Below, piece by piece: positions 1-14,024 of a stretch of 64,000 nt of DNA (positions are counted from its first letter, which is position 1; each line of letters starts with the position of its first letter). The position numbers were made by a program, and so were the translations under genes. Below the pieces are notes generated by a model. The model made no database searches. It saw nothing but the letters and a program-made list of their open reading frames with translations, and was not told the DNA's origin. This DNA is from Macrostomum lignano (Eukaryota), in contig NIVC01001398.1 in NCBI GenBank assembly GCA_002269645.1, forward strand, positions 147,132 through 211,131. Reading direction: 5' to 3'.

Positions 1-34
1 CGTTTTATTCCGTGATCCAAGTTAAATAATTGTA

Positions 35-365
35 CATCAGTGTGAATGTACATTAGAATAAGCGGGCATCAGTGTGAATGTACATTAGAACAAGCGGGCA
101 TCAGTGTGAATGTACATTAGAACAAGCGGACATCAGTGTGAATGTACATTAGAACAAGCGGACATCAGTGTGAATGCACATTAGAACAAGCGGACATCAG
201 TGTGAATGCACATTAGAATAAGCGGACATCAGTGTGAATGCACATTAGAACAAGCGGACATCAGTGTGAATGCACATTAGAATAAGCAGGCATCAGTGTG
301 AATGTACATTAGAATAAGCGGACATCAGTGTGAATACACATTAGAATAAGCAGGCATCAGTGTGA
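35..365. repeat. 32-bp minisatellite (CATCAGTGTGAATGTACATTAGAACAAGCGGA), ~10 copies, in SPOP intron
   Basis: Unit starts at 35, 67, 99 and so on; lies upstream of the acceptor AG at 442-443. Confidence 0.95.
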
Positions 366-443
366 TTAAATATTAGAACGAGGAAAATATTATATTTTAA
401 TATCAGCATTTAATAATTTGCATTGCATGGCCTTCAATTCCAG

Positions 444-2565
<2,122 letters not shown>

Positions 2566-2680
2566 AATTTATTTTATTTATTGCGCTTTTTTCTACCATT
2601 GTTTCAATTCAATAGTGCATAGTTTAAAGAGCCTGGCTGTAGTCAACTAAAAGCCTTTATTACCAAGATTTATTAATCTA

Positions 2681-2686
2681 AATAAA
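2681..2686 (+). terminator. Candidate polyadenylation signal of SPOP
   Basis: AATAAA ~115 nt after the stop codon, in AT-rich 3' UTR. Confidence 0.5.
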
Positions 2687-3410
2687 AATAAACTAAATCT
2701 CAAAAAATGCTCAGGCTCTAGGCCCAAATATCATTAAGAATTTTTTAAATTGAAATGTCATGAAATCCATTGAAGTAGTCAGAAGTACATTTTGTAACTT
2801 TTTACTTTTCAAGCCAGGAGTTTGCTAGTGGATTAATACTAATAACACCTGCTATCTTTAATGTGTCAATCTATATTCTAGTCTATTGTTTAACTATATT
2901 CATTAGTCTTGCAAATCAGCACTAGAAAGCTAACGCATCTATAACTTATTGCGTCTTGAAGCCAATCGAAAAACTGGGTTTTTTCTAACTGGTTCCCATG
3001 GTTACTATTACTATTTATACATTGCTTTTTGTAAATAAGTTTAAATGCTATGAAAGATAAATTTTGTAGCATCAATCTGTGCGAACAACTGCCACTCTGT
3101 CTGTGTGCTAATCCTCACTTTTCATTGCCTGCTTATCTGTTTATTGTCAAGTTCAGCTTGTTTTATACGGAATAGTAATGTTAAGTATATAGTTAACTGT
3201 AATAACTAACATTGCACTATCTATATTTATGTAGCAGCATAACTTCAGTCCAGCCTCCTTAATCTGTTGCTCTATTTGTTTTGGAGCCGAGCTGATTTCC
3301 GTACTTTCTCCCAAGCTTTATCGATGAATTAACAAAGACTTTTCAGATTCGGACTAGGGCTATAGGTATTGGCTTTCGCATGAAGTAAACTTTTAGTATA
3401 AATATTTTTG

Positions 3411-4325
3411 AGCAACAAAGACCCCAGTATCCAACTGAATAATCAGCAATGCAACAAAGACCCCAGCATCCAAAAGAATTAATCAGCAATGCAACAAAGA
3501 CCCCAGCATCCAAATGAATTAATCAGCAATGCAACAAAGACCCCAGTATCCAACTGAATAATCAGCAATGCAACAAAGACCCCAGTATCCAAATGAATAA
3601 ATCAGCAATGCAACAAAGACCCCAGTATCCAAATGAATTAATCAGCAATGCAACAAAGACCCCAGTATCCAACTGAATAATCAGCAATGCAACAAAGACC
3701 CCAGTATCCAAATGAATAAATCAGCAATGCAACAAAGACCCCAGCATCCAAATGAATAAATCAGCAATGCAACAAAGACCCCAGCATCCAAATGAATAAA
3801 TCAGCAATGCAACAAAGACCCCAGCATCCAAATGAATAAATCAGCAATGCAACAAAGACCCCAGCATCCAAATGAATAAATCAGCAATGCAACAAAGACC
3901 CCAGCATCCAACTGAATTAATCAGCAATGCAACAAAGACCCCAGCATCCAAATGAATTAATCAGCAATGCAACAAAGACCCCAGCATCCAAATGAATAAA
4001 TCAGCAATGCAACAAAGACCCCAGCATCCAAATGAATAAATCAGCAATGCAACAAAGACCCCAGTATCCAAATGAATAAATCAGCAATGCAACAAAGACC
4101 CCAGTATCCAACTGAATTAATCAGCAATGCAACAAAGACCCCAGCATCCAAATGAATAAATCAGCAATGCAACAAAGACCCCAGCATCCAAAAGAATTAA
4201 TCAGCAATGCAACAAAGACCCCAGCATCCAAATGAATTAATCAGCAATGCAACAAAGACCCCAGTATCCAAATGAATAAATCAGCAATGCAACAAAGACC
4301 CCAGCATCCAAATGAATAATCAGAA
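3411..4325. repeat. 40-bp minisatellite (GCAACAAAGACCCCAGCATCCAAATGAATAAATCAGCAAT), ~23 copies
   Basis: Exact 40-nt periodicity. Confidence 0.97.
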
Positions 4326-4874
4326 CTGCTAAGATCTCAATACACCTGATATGTCAAGTAAGTCTCGAAAACAATTATTAATAGCCTTTTGCACTTTAAA
4401 GTGAGACATTGCACCACACTTGGAGCCTATTGAGCATATTTATGTAACACATTGAACTTATTGTTTTGCACACAAGAGGGTAAACAGTTTATCATTAAAT
4501 GTTTCAACTGTTATTTATCTTTGCGCTGCAGTTTTATAAATAGTTAAACAAATAAATATTGGACTACAAATGCGTCCTATTCAAAAATAAATAATTTGGC
4601 GCGTTGTTTGCCTTATTGTTTGTCCGAGAATTTTGTTTTAATTTTACTTAATACCATTTTTTATTTAGTGTAGGCAAACTAGCTTGTTTTCAGCGTTTTC
4701 ATTTTCATTTTATAGGGAAACAAACGTTTGATTCTTAATTACTCTTAGTGCCTGTTTTTAGTAGTGTAGATAGGGCATCAAATTCAATGTAAAATATTTC
4801 CATTTATTGATTACTTTCGGTCAGTTGCCAGGCCAGTTTTATTTTCTTTTAACTTGCCTGACAATATTCCTCTC

Positions 4875-5525
4875 TATGATCTCATACTCATGATCTCATT
4901 CTCATAATCTCAATGTATGATCTCATTCTCATAATCTCAATGTATGACTTCATTCTCATAATCTCAATATAGGATCTCATTCTCATAATCTCAATGTCTG
5001 ATCTCATTCTCATAATCTCAATGTATGATCTCATTCTCATATTCTCAATGTCTAATCTCATTCTCATAATCTCAATGTCTGATCTCATTCTCATAATCTC
5101 AATATAGGATCTCATTCTCATAATCTCAATGTCTGATCTCATTCTCATAATCTCAATGTATGATCTCATTCTCATAATCTCAATGTATGATCTCATTCTC
5201 ATAATCTCAATGTATGATCTCATACTCATAATCTCAATGTTTGATCTCATACTCATAATCTCAATGTATGATCTCATACTCATAATCTCAATGTATGATC
5301 TCATTCTCATAATCTCAGTGTATGATCTCATTCTCATAATCTCAATGTATGATCTCATTCTCATAATCCCAATGTATGATCTCATTCTCATAATCCCAAT
5401 GTATGATCTCATTCTCATAATCCCAATGTATGATCTCATTCTCATAATCTCAATGTATGATCTCATACTCATAATCTCGGTGTATGATCTCATTCTCATA
5501 ATCTCAATGTATGATCTCATGCTTA
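4875..5525. repeat. 27-bp minisatellite (TATGATCTCATTCTCATAATCTCAATG), ~24 copies
   Basis: Periodic unit; explains the MRSYIEIMR and MYDLILIIS pseudo-ORFs. Confidence 0.97.
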
Positions 5526-5621
5526 TACTATCAATGCCAAAAAAGTACCAAAAATAGCAAGATCAATTTGTTTTGCAAGTTGAAATCGAACATGGCTGCT
5601 ATGGATGCGGCATTCAAGTAA

Positions 5622-5627
5622 TTTATT
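5622..5627 (-). terminator. Candidate polyadenylation signal of the minus-strand secreted-protein gene
   Basis: TTTATT on + (AATAAA on -), ~245 nt past the stop codon. Confidence 0.4.
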
Positions 5628-5872
5628 TTCATTATTTATGTTAAATTGCACAAGTTAACTGGGCCTTCTTCAGTCGACGGGGGAATTTTCATTCGAATGA
5701 CTCCTCTCGTACTGCTTGCTGTACAGGCTGGGTTTAAACAGGAGATTCCATCGAGCAGTCATTTGCGTATTGAGGTAATTCAGATTCGATTAAAAAAGTT
5801 CCAAGGGGAAATCTTTGTTGCATGCCCGCTGTTGGTTGTTGGCAGCCTCGCATCGCGCGCTCATCAGTGCTT

Positions 5873-6527
5873 TTAGCCCCACGCCATGTCCGCCACGTCC
5901 AGCTCGATCTCTTTTTTGGACTTGTAATAGCACGGCCTGGTGGCGTAGCTGGGCAGGGCTCGGCAGTACCAGTTCTCGCGCTCGACGGGGTCCAGAATGT
6001 CGGTGGGGTTGGTCATGTCCCAGTTGACGCCGCCCACCATGTCGCACAGGGCGAAGCAGATCTCAGCCGTTCTGATTTTGCAATCGAATACTCCTGTTCC
6101 TAAAAATAACAAAATATTAATAATAGTAATGATATCTGCCGCATCGGTTATGCTGAATTCTGGCAAGGAAAATCCCAACTACAAGCTTGACTTACGGGTG
6201 TTGTACTTGTTGTACGCTATGTACCCGTTTGGACAATAGTCGTCGTAACTTGTGTACGACACGTTCACATCTTTTGGCGGATACTGTGAGGTGCCTTCGG
6301 TGCTGCGAATCTGGCGAGCTAGCTTAGTGGTCTTGCCGTTGCCACCGACAGCTGCGGGTTCGTGCGTTATAGACTTGCTTTATTAGTTAAGAAGTCTACA
6401 TAATTCCTTCATTACTATCACAGTTGCTATGCTGTTGCTGGGATAACTTACCAATTGAGTCTCCGCTTTTGATGGCCCAGAGCAGGCCGAGGGCCAACAA
6501 AGTGCCGATCAGCTTTATTGAAGACAT
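5873..6527 (-). CDS. Orphan secreted 152-aa protein with 6 Cys; exons 6527-6452, 6351-6196, 6099-5873
   Basis: ATG at 6527 encodes a signal peptide (MSSIKLIGTLLALGLLWAIKSGDS). Two ~100-nt GTAAG...AG phase-1 introns join to a continuous 459-nt ORF ending ...YCPNGY...FDCKIRTAEICFALCD...WYCRALPSYATRPCYYKS...MAWG*. Confidence 0.8.
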
Positions 6528-8055
6528 GCTCTCTCTTGGCTTGGTGTTCAGTAGCTGCGTAGATCCTCAGAATGGAATCTTAGACGAGGCTAGTCGTAAC
6601 AGTCGTTCGTTTGCGTCTGTCGAGTCTGCTGCTGGTCCCGCGATGACACTGGGGCCAGCGCTGCCGTCTGGCCGCTACTAATATAGGCGTGGGCGGCTGA
6701 GGGGCGCGGGTGAGGGGGGCAGAGAGTGAGGGGCGGTTGCTAAGCATGTGACCCAAGGCCGCCCCGCCCCAGCCAGAGCTGAATGAATGGCTGAGTGGAA
6801 GCGGAATGAGCCCTCAGCTCGAATGGGGTTTCGTCAGTTTCGTCTGAAACCAAGTGCGTCTGTCGCTTGCGTCTGTGGACCTAAATTCCGCTATACTTGG
6901 CCTCCGCAACAAACTTGTCGCCAAGTCTGCAATGCCAGACTCTGCCAGGCTTCCCCCAGCCTTTGTCTACCGCGATTCATCCCGTCTCCGCTATTCATCC
7001 AGTTGAGAACTGAGCTGCAGCCTGTAGGCCAACCGCTCTGTTGTCGGCCTGAACTTGCGTGGGCGGCGGGCTCCAGGGACAGACGGCTATTTAATTAACT
7101 CCTGGATAGACCAAGGGCCCTGCGTTCATCCCTTCCCATTTTCCAGCTCCATTGCAAGTCCCCCGACCTCTTCGTTCAAGCTGTATGAGTCATCGGCCGT
7201 CTGTCTTTGCACCCTAGTTTAGTTTTTACACAGCTTGGAAGCAATATGGCAATCCCAGATGCAAAATCCCAACGGAATATCGGGTCTCTGGTCTGCTTTT
7301 TTGGTTGATTTCCGTTTTGACAAAAACAAAAAAAATTGAAAAGTTTTTCCGAAGTTTCCTGCTAGAAAGACAATTTTGTTTTTGTTTTCTACTATTGAGC
7401 TGCTTCATTGTGTCATTTGACTGTAACAAAAAACTTTCGGGACAGATATGCTTTCTTTGCCCTGTCTAATTTTAGCATCACAATCACTTTTTCTGCCGCA
7501 CTGGTTCAGTTCGAACGCCCCGCGTGTGTTATTATCTATCGGTTTTTGTCATGCTAAAAAATTCCAGTTAAGTTGGAATTCCTTGCTTATCTACTGAGTT
7601 GGACTCAGCTTGTACCGAGTTTTTTGCCGATTCAGCAAAGTTTCACTTCGTTAGCTATAAGCTCGGCCGGGCTTTTCTCGGACAAAAAAAGATAGACAAG
7701 CAAGAAAAAGGTGAAAGAGTGACGAAACTAAGAGTGCTTGCCAGTTCTTGCCAGCAGCTGGCGGCGGCGTGCTCTCGGGTCACGGCTCACGGGCGCGCCT
7801 CGTGATTTGGCCAATTCTCTGTGCCCAGGGGCATCGGTTATGCCTTCTCTCTTAGCCTTAGCTGCTTTCCTCGGGTCTGCTGCAACCTCCCACACGCTGT
7901 CATTGTCATCTGCCTGCCGCTTGCTGTCTGGGGCATGGACACCTCAAGCTACACATCTGGACTGGCAAGAAACGTCTGGCTATGCAGGTAGCCTTTGTTT
8001 GCAATTTTAGTCTACTTCTTACGAGTGTGTGATGATAAATTTCCAGGCTGTAGAT

Positions 8056-8086
8056 CAGGGTTAGGCAAACTCCGGCCCCGGGCCAC
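8056..8086 (+). mobile_element. Possible hAT-family transposon terminus (single end)
   Basis: CAGGGTTAGGCAAACTCCGGCCCCGGGCCAC resembles the CAGGGNTNGGCAAACT..CGGCCCGCGGGCC terminal motif of hAT (Charlie-like) elements; no partner end identified. Confidence 0.35.
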
Positions 8087-8750
8087 GTGTCTCTGTTCTC
8101 TCCCCCCCCTCTTCTCCACTTATCTCCCCTCTTCTCTCCTCTCTTCTCTCCCTCTTCTCTCTCCTCTCTTCTCTCTCCTCTCCCCTCTTCTCTCCTCTCC
8201 CCTCTTCTCTCCTCTCCCCTCTTCTCTCCTCTCCCCTCTCCTCTCATCTCTTCTCTCCCCTTTCTCTCTCCTCTCTTCTCTCTTCTCTTCCCTCCCCACT
8301 CCTCTCCTCCTCTTCTCTCATCTCTTCTCTCTTCTTCTCTCCTCTCCTCTCTCCCCTCTCTTCTCTGCTCTTCTCCTCTCCTCTCCTCTCCTCTCTTCTC
8401 CTCTCTCCTCTCGTCTTCTTCTCCTCTTCTCTCCTATCCTCTCCTCTTTTCTCTCTTTCCTCTTCTCTCTCTCCTCTCCTCTCCTCTTCTCTATCTCCTC
8501 TCTCTTCTCTTCTCCTCTCCTCTCCTCTCCTCTTTTCTCTCTTTCCTCTTCTCTCTCTCCTCTCCTCTCCTCTTCTCTATCTCCTCTCTCTTCTCCTCTC
8601 CTCTCCTCTCCTCTCCTCTTCTCTATCTCCTCTCTCTTCTCCTCTCCTCTCCTCTCCTCTCCTCTTCTGTATCTCCTCTCTCTTCTCCTCTCCTCTCCTC
8701 TTCTCTTCTCTATCTCCTCTCTCTTCTCCTCTCCTCTTCTCTCCCTTTTG
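8087..8750. repeat. CT-rich polypyrimidine satellite (CTCTC/CTCTT)
   Basis: Near-pure C/T tract. Confidence 0.95.
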
Positions 8751-9144
8751 TTCTGTCGCTCGTGATTCATTCATTGCGTATAAATTCAAATGAGATTCGC
8801 TTGTTTTTAGAAGCTAAAAAATGCAGACAAAATATTCAAAAAAATTATGGGATTTTCACACTGCATAATCTATATTAAGCTGGGAAATTTCTCAACAACA
8901 TCTGAAATAACATTCAATTTTACAAAGACACAACACAACATTCAGAGGGTACTGTGCTGCAGATCTTTGATTCCTTACAAAATTGCTGTCTGGGGCGGCG
9001 GTTTTCAATGTTTCTAAGTACACTCACTCGTACAATTAGATGCTGCAAAGTCCTGAATCTGTTGAAAATTCGCGTCCTAAAGTGCACTGGCTAATCCGAT
9101 GAAGGACAGTAGGGGGGTCTGGCGGGTGTTGCCTCGGTGCTTAG

Positions 9145-9398
9145 AGTCATGTGACTGCAGCTGTGAATGATCGAGCGACGGCTTCTCCCCCCCCCTCCCC
9201 TCCCTCGCGCTGTTTAAACCTCCGAGTGCGACTCAATTTAACGTAGAAACGAAGTTTAGGCGAGAAAAGCACACAATTAATCAGCTTGTCAGTCTGTGGG
9301 CGCGGCCCGATCTTTCCGAGTCATGTGACCACTCACTCAAGATAAAGAGAGACAGTCAGTGAGCTATAGAGATACTGACAGCCCAGTAAGTCACGTGA
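9145..9398. promoter_or_regulatory. Cluster of three extended E-boxes upstream of DPH5
   Basis: AGTCATGTGACT at 9145-9156, GTCATGTGAC at 9320-9329, GTCACGTGA at 9390-9398, in a CpG-rich repeat-free region. Confidence 0.4.
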
Positions 9399-9942
9399 AG
9401 CGGTCTCGGCGCTTACCTGCAGCCTCCTCCCACGCGTCTGCCTGCCCCGGCCGGGTGTTGTGCCCCCCAGCTACAGTGCTGACGCACTCTCTGGCTTGCA
9501 TTGTTTGGTCTCTGCATAGCTGGCAGAGCGCCGCGAAGGGAGATGGGAGTGAGATAGAGAGATTCTGACGAAACACCACGCCTTACCGTGACCCAATCTA
9601 ATTCTGGATTCTGAACTGCGTATAGCAAACCAAAAAAGCGTAGCGCCAAGTGCAATTTCTCGGCTAAAAAACCCATTGCCTTTTCAATTTGGACTTTTTA
9701 TTCAGTGCACTTGCACCACTGGAGCTTGTTTCTTTCTGGACCAAATCAAAGCAAAACAGCTTTCTTCCGAATGACAATAATAAGTTCCAAAATATTGCAC
9801 GTTAAAAATTTCTCTGTTGCCATCTGAGTCGAATCTACCTATTGCTAGTAGAGTAGTTTGCATTTCATACTTTTACCTTGTATTTTATTTGCACTCATGT
9901 TTCAGCTGGTAGAAGAAGTTCGCTCGGCCCTGAGTTGCTAAA

Positions 9943-12279
9943 ATGCTCTACCTGATCGGCATCGGGCTTTCCGATCCAGAGGACGTAACGGTCCGCGGCC
10001 TGGAGCTGATTCGCTCGTCAGCCCGGGTGTTCCTCGATGCCTACACCTCCATTCTGAGCGTTGGTGAGTCTACTCAACTATTGGTTTTTCCAGTCCAGAT
10101 CCCAGTCCAGTCCAGATCCCAATCCAGTCCAATCCCTGTCCTGATCCCAATCCAGTAGAATCCCAGTCCTGATCCCAATCCCAGTCCAGATCCCAATAAT
10201 GTCAAATCCCAGTCCAGATCCCAGTCCAAATCCCAAACCCAGTCCAGATCCCATTCCAGTCGAATCCCAATCCAGTCCAATCCCAGTCCAGATCCCAATC
10301 CAGTCCAATCCCAGTCCAGATCCCAATCCAGTAGAATCCCAGTTCTGATCCCAATCCCAGTCCAGATCCCAATAATGTAGAATCTCAGTCCAGATCCCAG
10401 TCCAGATCCCAGTCCAGATCCCAATCCAGTCCAATCCCAGTCCTGATCCCAATCCAGTCCAATCCCATGTCCAGATCCCAATCCAGTCTAATCCCAGTCC
10501 AGATCCCCATAATGTCGAATCCCAGTCCAGATCTCAATCCCATCTATCTGTCCCAGGCAAGGACCGCTTAGAGGAATTCTACGGCAGGCCAGTGGAGCTG
10601 GCAGACCGCGACCTGGTCGAGCAGGGCGACGTCATCCTCGCCGCGGCCCAGAGCGCCGACGTGTCCTTTCTGGTTGTGGGTGATCCGCTGGGCGCTACCA
10701 CTCACGCTGACCTCGCCATGCGGGCCAGGCAGCGCGGCGTCGCCTACCGGGTGGTGCACAACGCCTCCGTACTCACCGCCGTCGCCTCCTGCGGCCTGCA
10801 GTTGTACACCTTCGGCGAGACCGTCTCTGTGCCGTTCTGGGACGCAGTCAGCCGGCCTAGCAGCTTCCTGGACAAACTGCTGGGCAATTGGGAGAGGAAT
10901 CTGCACACCCTGTGCCTGCTGGACATCCGGGTGCGAGAGCCAACAATGGAGAGTCTTCTCAGAGGACGGCCGGAGTTCGAGCCGCCTAGGTGCGTGCGTC
11001 GCGGGTCAGAGGTCAGAGGGTCAGATGAGGGCACAATGCCACGCAACAGTTCAGTGATGATAGCAGACCTCACCTATATTGACCTAGTGACTTCAACTGA
11101 CCCAGTGACTCGCTTGACCCAGTCATCCACCTGACCCAATGGCCCACCTGACCCAGTGACCCACCTGACCCAATGACTCGCTTGACCCAGTCACCCACCT
11201 GACCCAGTGACCCACCTGACCCAAGGACGCACCTGACCCAGTGTCCCACCTGACCCAGTGACCCACCTGACCCAGTGACTCGCTTGACCCAGTCACCCAC
11301 CTGACCCAGTCACCCATCTGACCCAATGACCAACCTGACCCAGGGACGCACCTGACCCAGTGTCCCACCTGACCCAGTGACCCACCTGACCCAGTGACCC
11401 ACCTGACCCAGTCACCCACCTGACCCAATGGCCCACCTGACCCAATGACCCACCTGACCCATTGACCCACCTGACCCAATGACCCACCTGACCCAGGAAC
11501 GCACCTGACCCAGTGTCCCACCTGACCCAGTGACCCACCTGACCCAGTGACCCACCTGACCCAATGGCCTACCTGACCCAGTGACCCACCTGACCCAGGG
11601 ACGCACCTGACCCAGTGACCCACCTGACCCATTGACCCACCTGACCCAATGACCCACCTGAGCCAGGAACGCACCTGACCCAGTGTCCCACCTGACCCAG
11701 TGACCCACCTGACCCAGTCACCCACCTGACCCAGTGACCCACCTGACCCAGGGACTCACCTAACCCAGGGACGCACCTGACCCAGGGACGCATCTGACCC
11801 AGTGTCCCACCTGACCCAGTGACCCACCTGACCCAGTGACCCACCTGACCCCACCGGCCCGCTCCAAGCTGTCCCTGTTACATGTACTTGCCGACTTCCC
11901 TCGCCGCAGATTCATGAGCTGCTCCGTGGCCGCTGAGCAGCTGCTGGCTCTACTAGCCGAGGTCTCTGCCGCTGAGGACAACGCTGACCTCCTGGCCGAC
12001 TCCGACGCCGCCGAGCTGCGCAACCGGCTGAACCGTCGCAAGCAGCTGCCGCCGCCGGAGCGACTCCTGACCGTCGGCCTGGCCCGCCTCGGCAGTCCTG
12101 ACGAGCGCATCGCCGCCTGCAGCCTCGCCGACATGGCCAGCCGCGACCTCGGGCCGCCGCTGCACTCACTGGTGGTGCCGGCGCCTCGGCTGCACCCGGT
12201 CGAAGCCGAGTTCCTCCGCCAATTTGCCGACACCGAGGCCGACGCTGCTTTAGTGGACGCGTCCGCTGCGGAGCGTTGA
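9943..12279 (+). CDS. DPH5: Diphthine methyl ester synthase, 307 aa; exons 9943-10063, 10557-10989, 11910-12279
   Basis: MLYLIGIGLSDPEDVTVRGLE..VFLDAYTS; FLVVGDPLGATTHADL; VHNASVLTAVASCGLQLYTFGETVSVPFW; HTLCLLDI; PPR|FMS; DLGPPLHSLVVP. GT-AG junctions are in phase. Confidence 0.97.
10090..10540. repeat. 6/12-bp satellite (CCCAGT-CCAGAT-CCCAAT) filling DPH5 intron 1
   Basis: Tandem hexamer variants. Confidence 0.92.
11085..11850. repeat. ~17-bp minisatellite (ACCCACCTGACCCAGTG) filling DPH5 intron 2
   Basis: Tandem units with variants. Confidence 0.93.
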
Positions 12280-12384
12280 CTTGTCCGGGGCTGAATTGGG
12301 CGGGTAGTGAGCAGGTGGACTGCGAGGTCTAGGCTCAAGTTATCTTGTCCTTGCCAAACTTTGGGCTCTCTTCATGTGACCCGT

Positions 12385-13495
12385 GTCCTCATATGACCCT
12401 CCCGTGTTCTCATTTTACCTCCTCTGCACCTAAACTATCCCGTGTCTTCACTTGACCCATCCCGTGTCTTCACTTGACCTATCCCGTGTCCTCACTTGAC
12501 CTATCCCGTGTCCTCACTTGACCTATTCCGTGTCCTCAGTTGACCTATTCCGTGTCCTCAGTTGACCTATCCCGTGTCCTCACTTGACCTATCCCGTGTC
12601 CTCACTTGACCTATCCCGTGTCCTCACTTGACCTATTCCGTGTCCTCAGTTGACCTATTCCGTGTCCTCAGTTGACCTATCCCGTGTCCTCACTTGACCT
12701 ATCCCGTGTCCTCACTTGACCTATCCCGTGTCCTCACTTGACCTATCCCGTGTCCTCAGTTGACCTATCCCGTGTCCTCAGTTGACCTATCCCGTGTCCT
12801 CAGTTGACCTTTCCCGTGTCCTCAGTTGACCTATCCCGTGTCCTCAGTTGACCTTTCCCGTGTCCTCAGTTGACCTATTCCGTGTCCTCACTTGACCTAT
12901 CCCATGTCCTCACTTGACCCATCCCGTGTCCTCAGTTGACCTTTCCCGTGTCCTCAGTTGACCTATCCCGTGTCCTCACTTGACCTTTCCCGTGTCCTCA
13001 CTTGACCTATCCCGTATCCTCACTTGACCTATCCCGTGTCCTCACTTGACCTATCCCGTGTCCTCACTTGACCTATCCCGTGTCCTCAGTTGACCTATCC
13101 CGTGTCCTCAGTTGACCTATCCCGTGTCCTCAGTTGACCTTTCCCGTGTCCTCAGTTGACCTATCCCGTGTCCTCAGTTGACCTTTCCCGTGTCCTCAGT
13201 TGACCTATTCCGTGTCCTCACTTGACCTATCCCATGTCCTCACTTGACCCATCCCGTGTCTTCACTTGACCTATCCCGTGTCCTCAGTTGACCTATCCCG
13301 TGTCCTCAGTTGACCTTTCCCGTGTCCTCAGTTGACCTTTCCCGTGTCCTCACTTGACCTATCCCGTATCCTCAGTTGACCTATTCCGTGTCCTCACTTG
13401 ACCTATCCCGTGTCCTCACTTGACTCGTGTTCTCAGTTGACCTATTCCGTGTCCTCACTTGACCTATCCCGTGTCCTCACTTGACCCGTGTCCTT
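12385..13495. repeat. 22-bp minisatellite (CTTGACCTATCCCGTGTCCTCA), ~50 copies
   Basis: 22-nt period; rare variants recur about 330 nt apart, suggesting a higher-order duplication. Confidence 0.96.
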
Positions 13496-14024
13496 ACCTC
13501 ATAGTTATCATCACTTAACCCTTATCCTCATCGCGCCGTGCCTTTAGGCTGTTGCCCTCCTAATTCATCCAGCGCGCTAAGTAGTATTTTATTGACTTTA
13601 ATCTTAATATTAATTGCGATTCGCCTAAACTATTTCCGCAAATGTTACACACACGCGTTTCAATGAGTTGAGCATTTCTGGAATTCGCTTTTAGTTGCTA
13701 AGTGCAAGTTGTTTTGGTTTCAGCAATGCCTGTTCCGTGATTGTCTGCTTTCGCGGCTGTTAGTTGAAAATATATCTAATTTTCTTGGCACAATCATGCC
13801 TGCAGCATGCAAGTCTAACTCTTTGTTTTGTTGACATCATAAATATTTCAAGTCGCTATTTCTCATTGTTTCACTTTTTCGACTTAGACACCTAAATGTC
13901 TACTTACAAGTAGAATATTAGGGCTTGATTTTCTACAAATGCGAAAGGTCATTTGACCCGGCAGGAACTCGTATTGGGGTCTTGAAAGTTCGGTATGAGA
14001 TAGTACGAGTTGACTGAGATCACG

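Noticed and set aside
3411-4325. Regular 40-bp array resembling CRISPR
   Set aside because: No unique spacers, no cas genes, eukaryotic context; the same applies to all other arrays.
5790-6103. Alternative overlapping ORFs on both strands
   Set aside because: Shadows of the GC-rich third exon of the secreted-protein gene.
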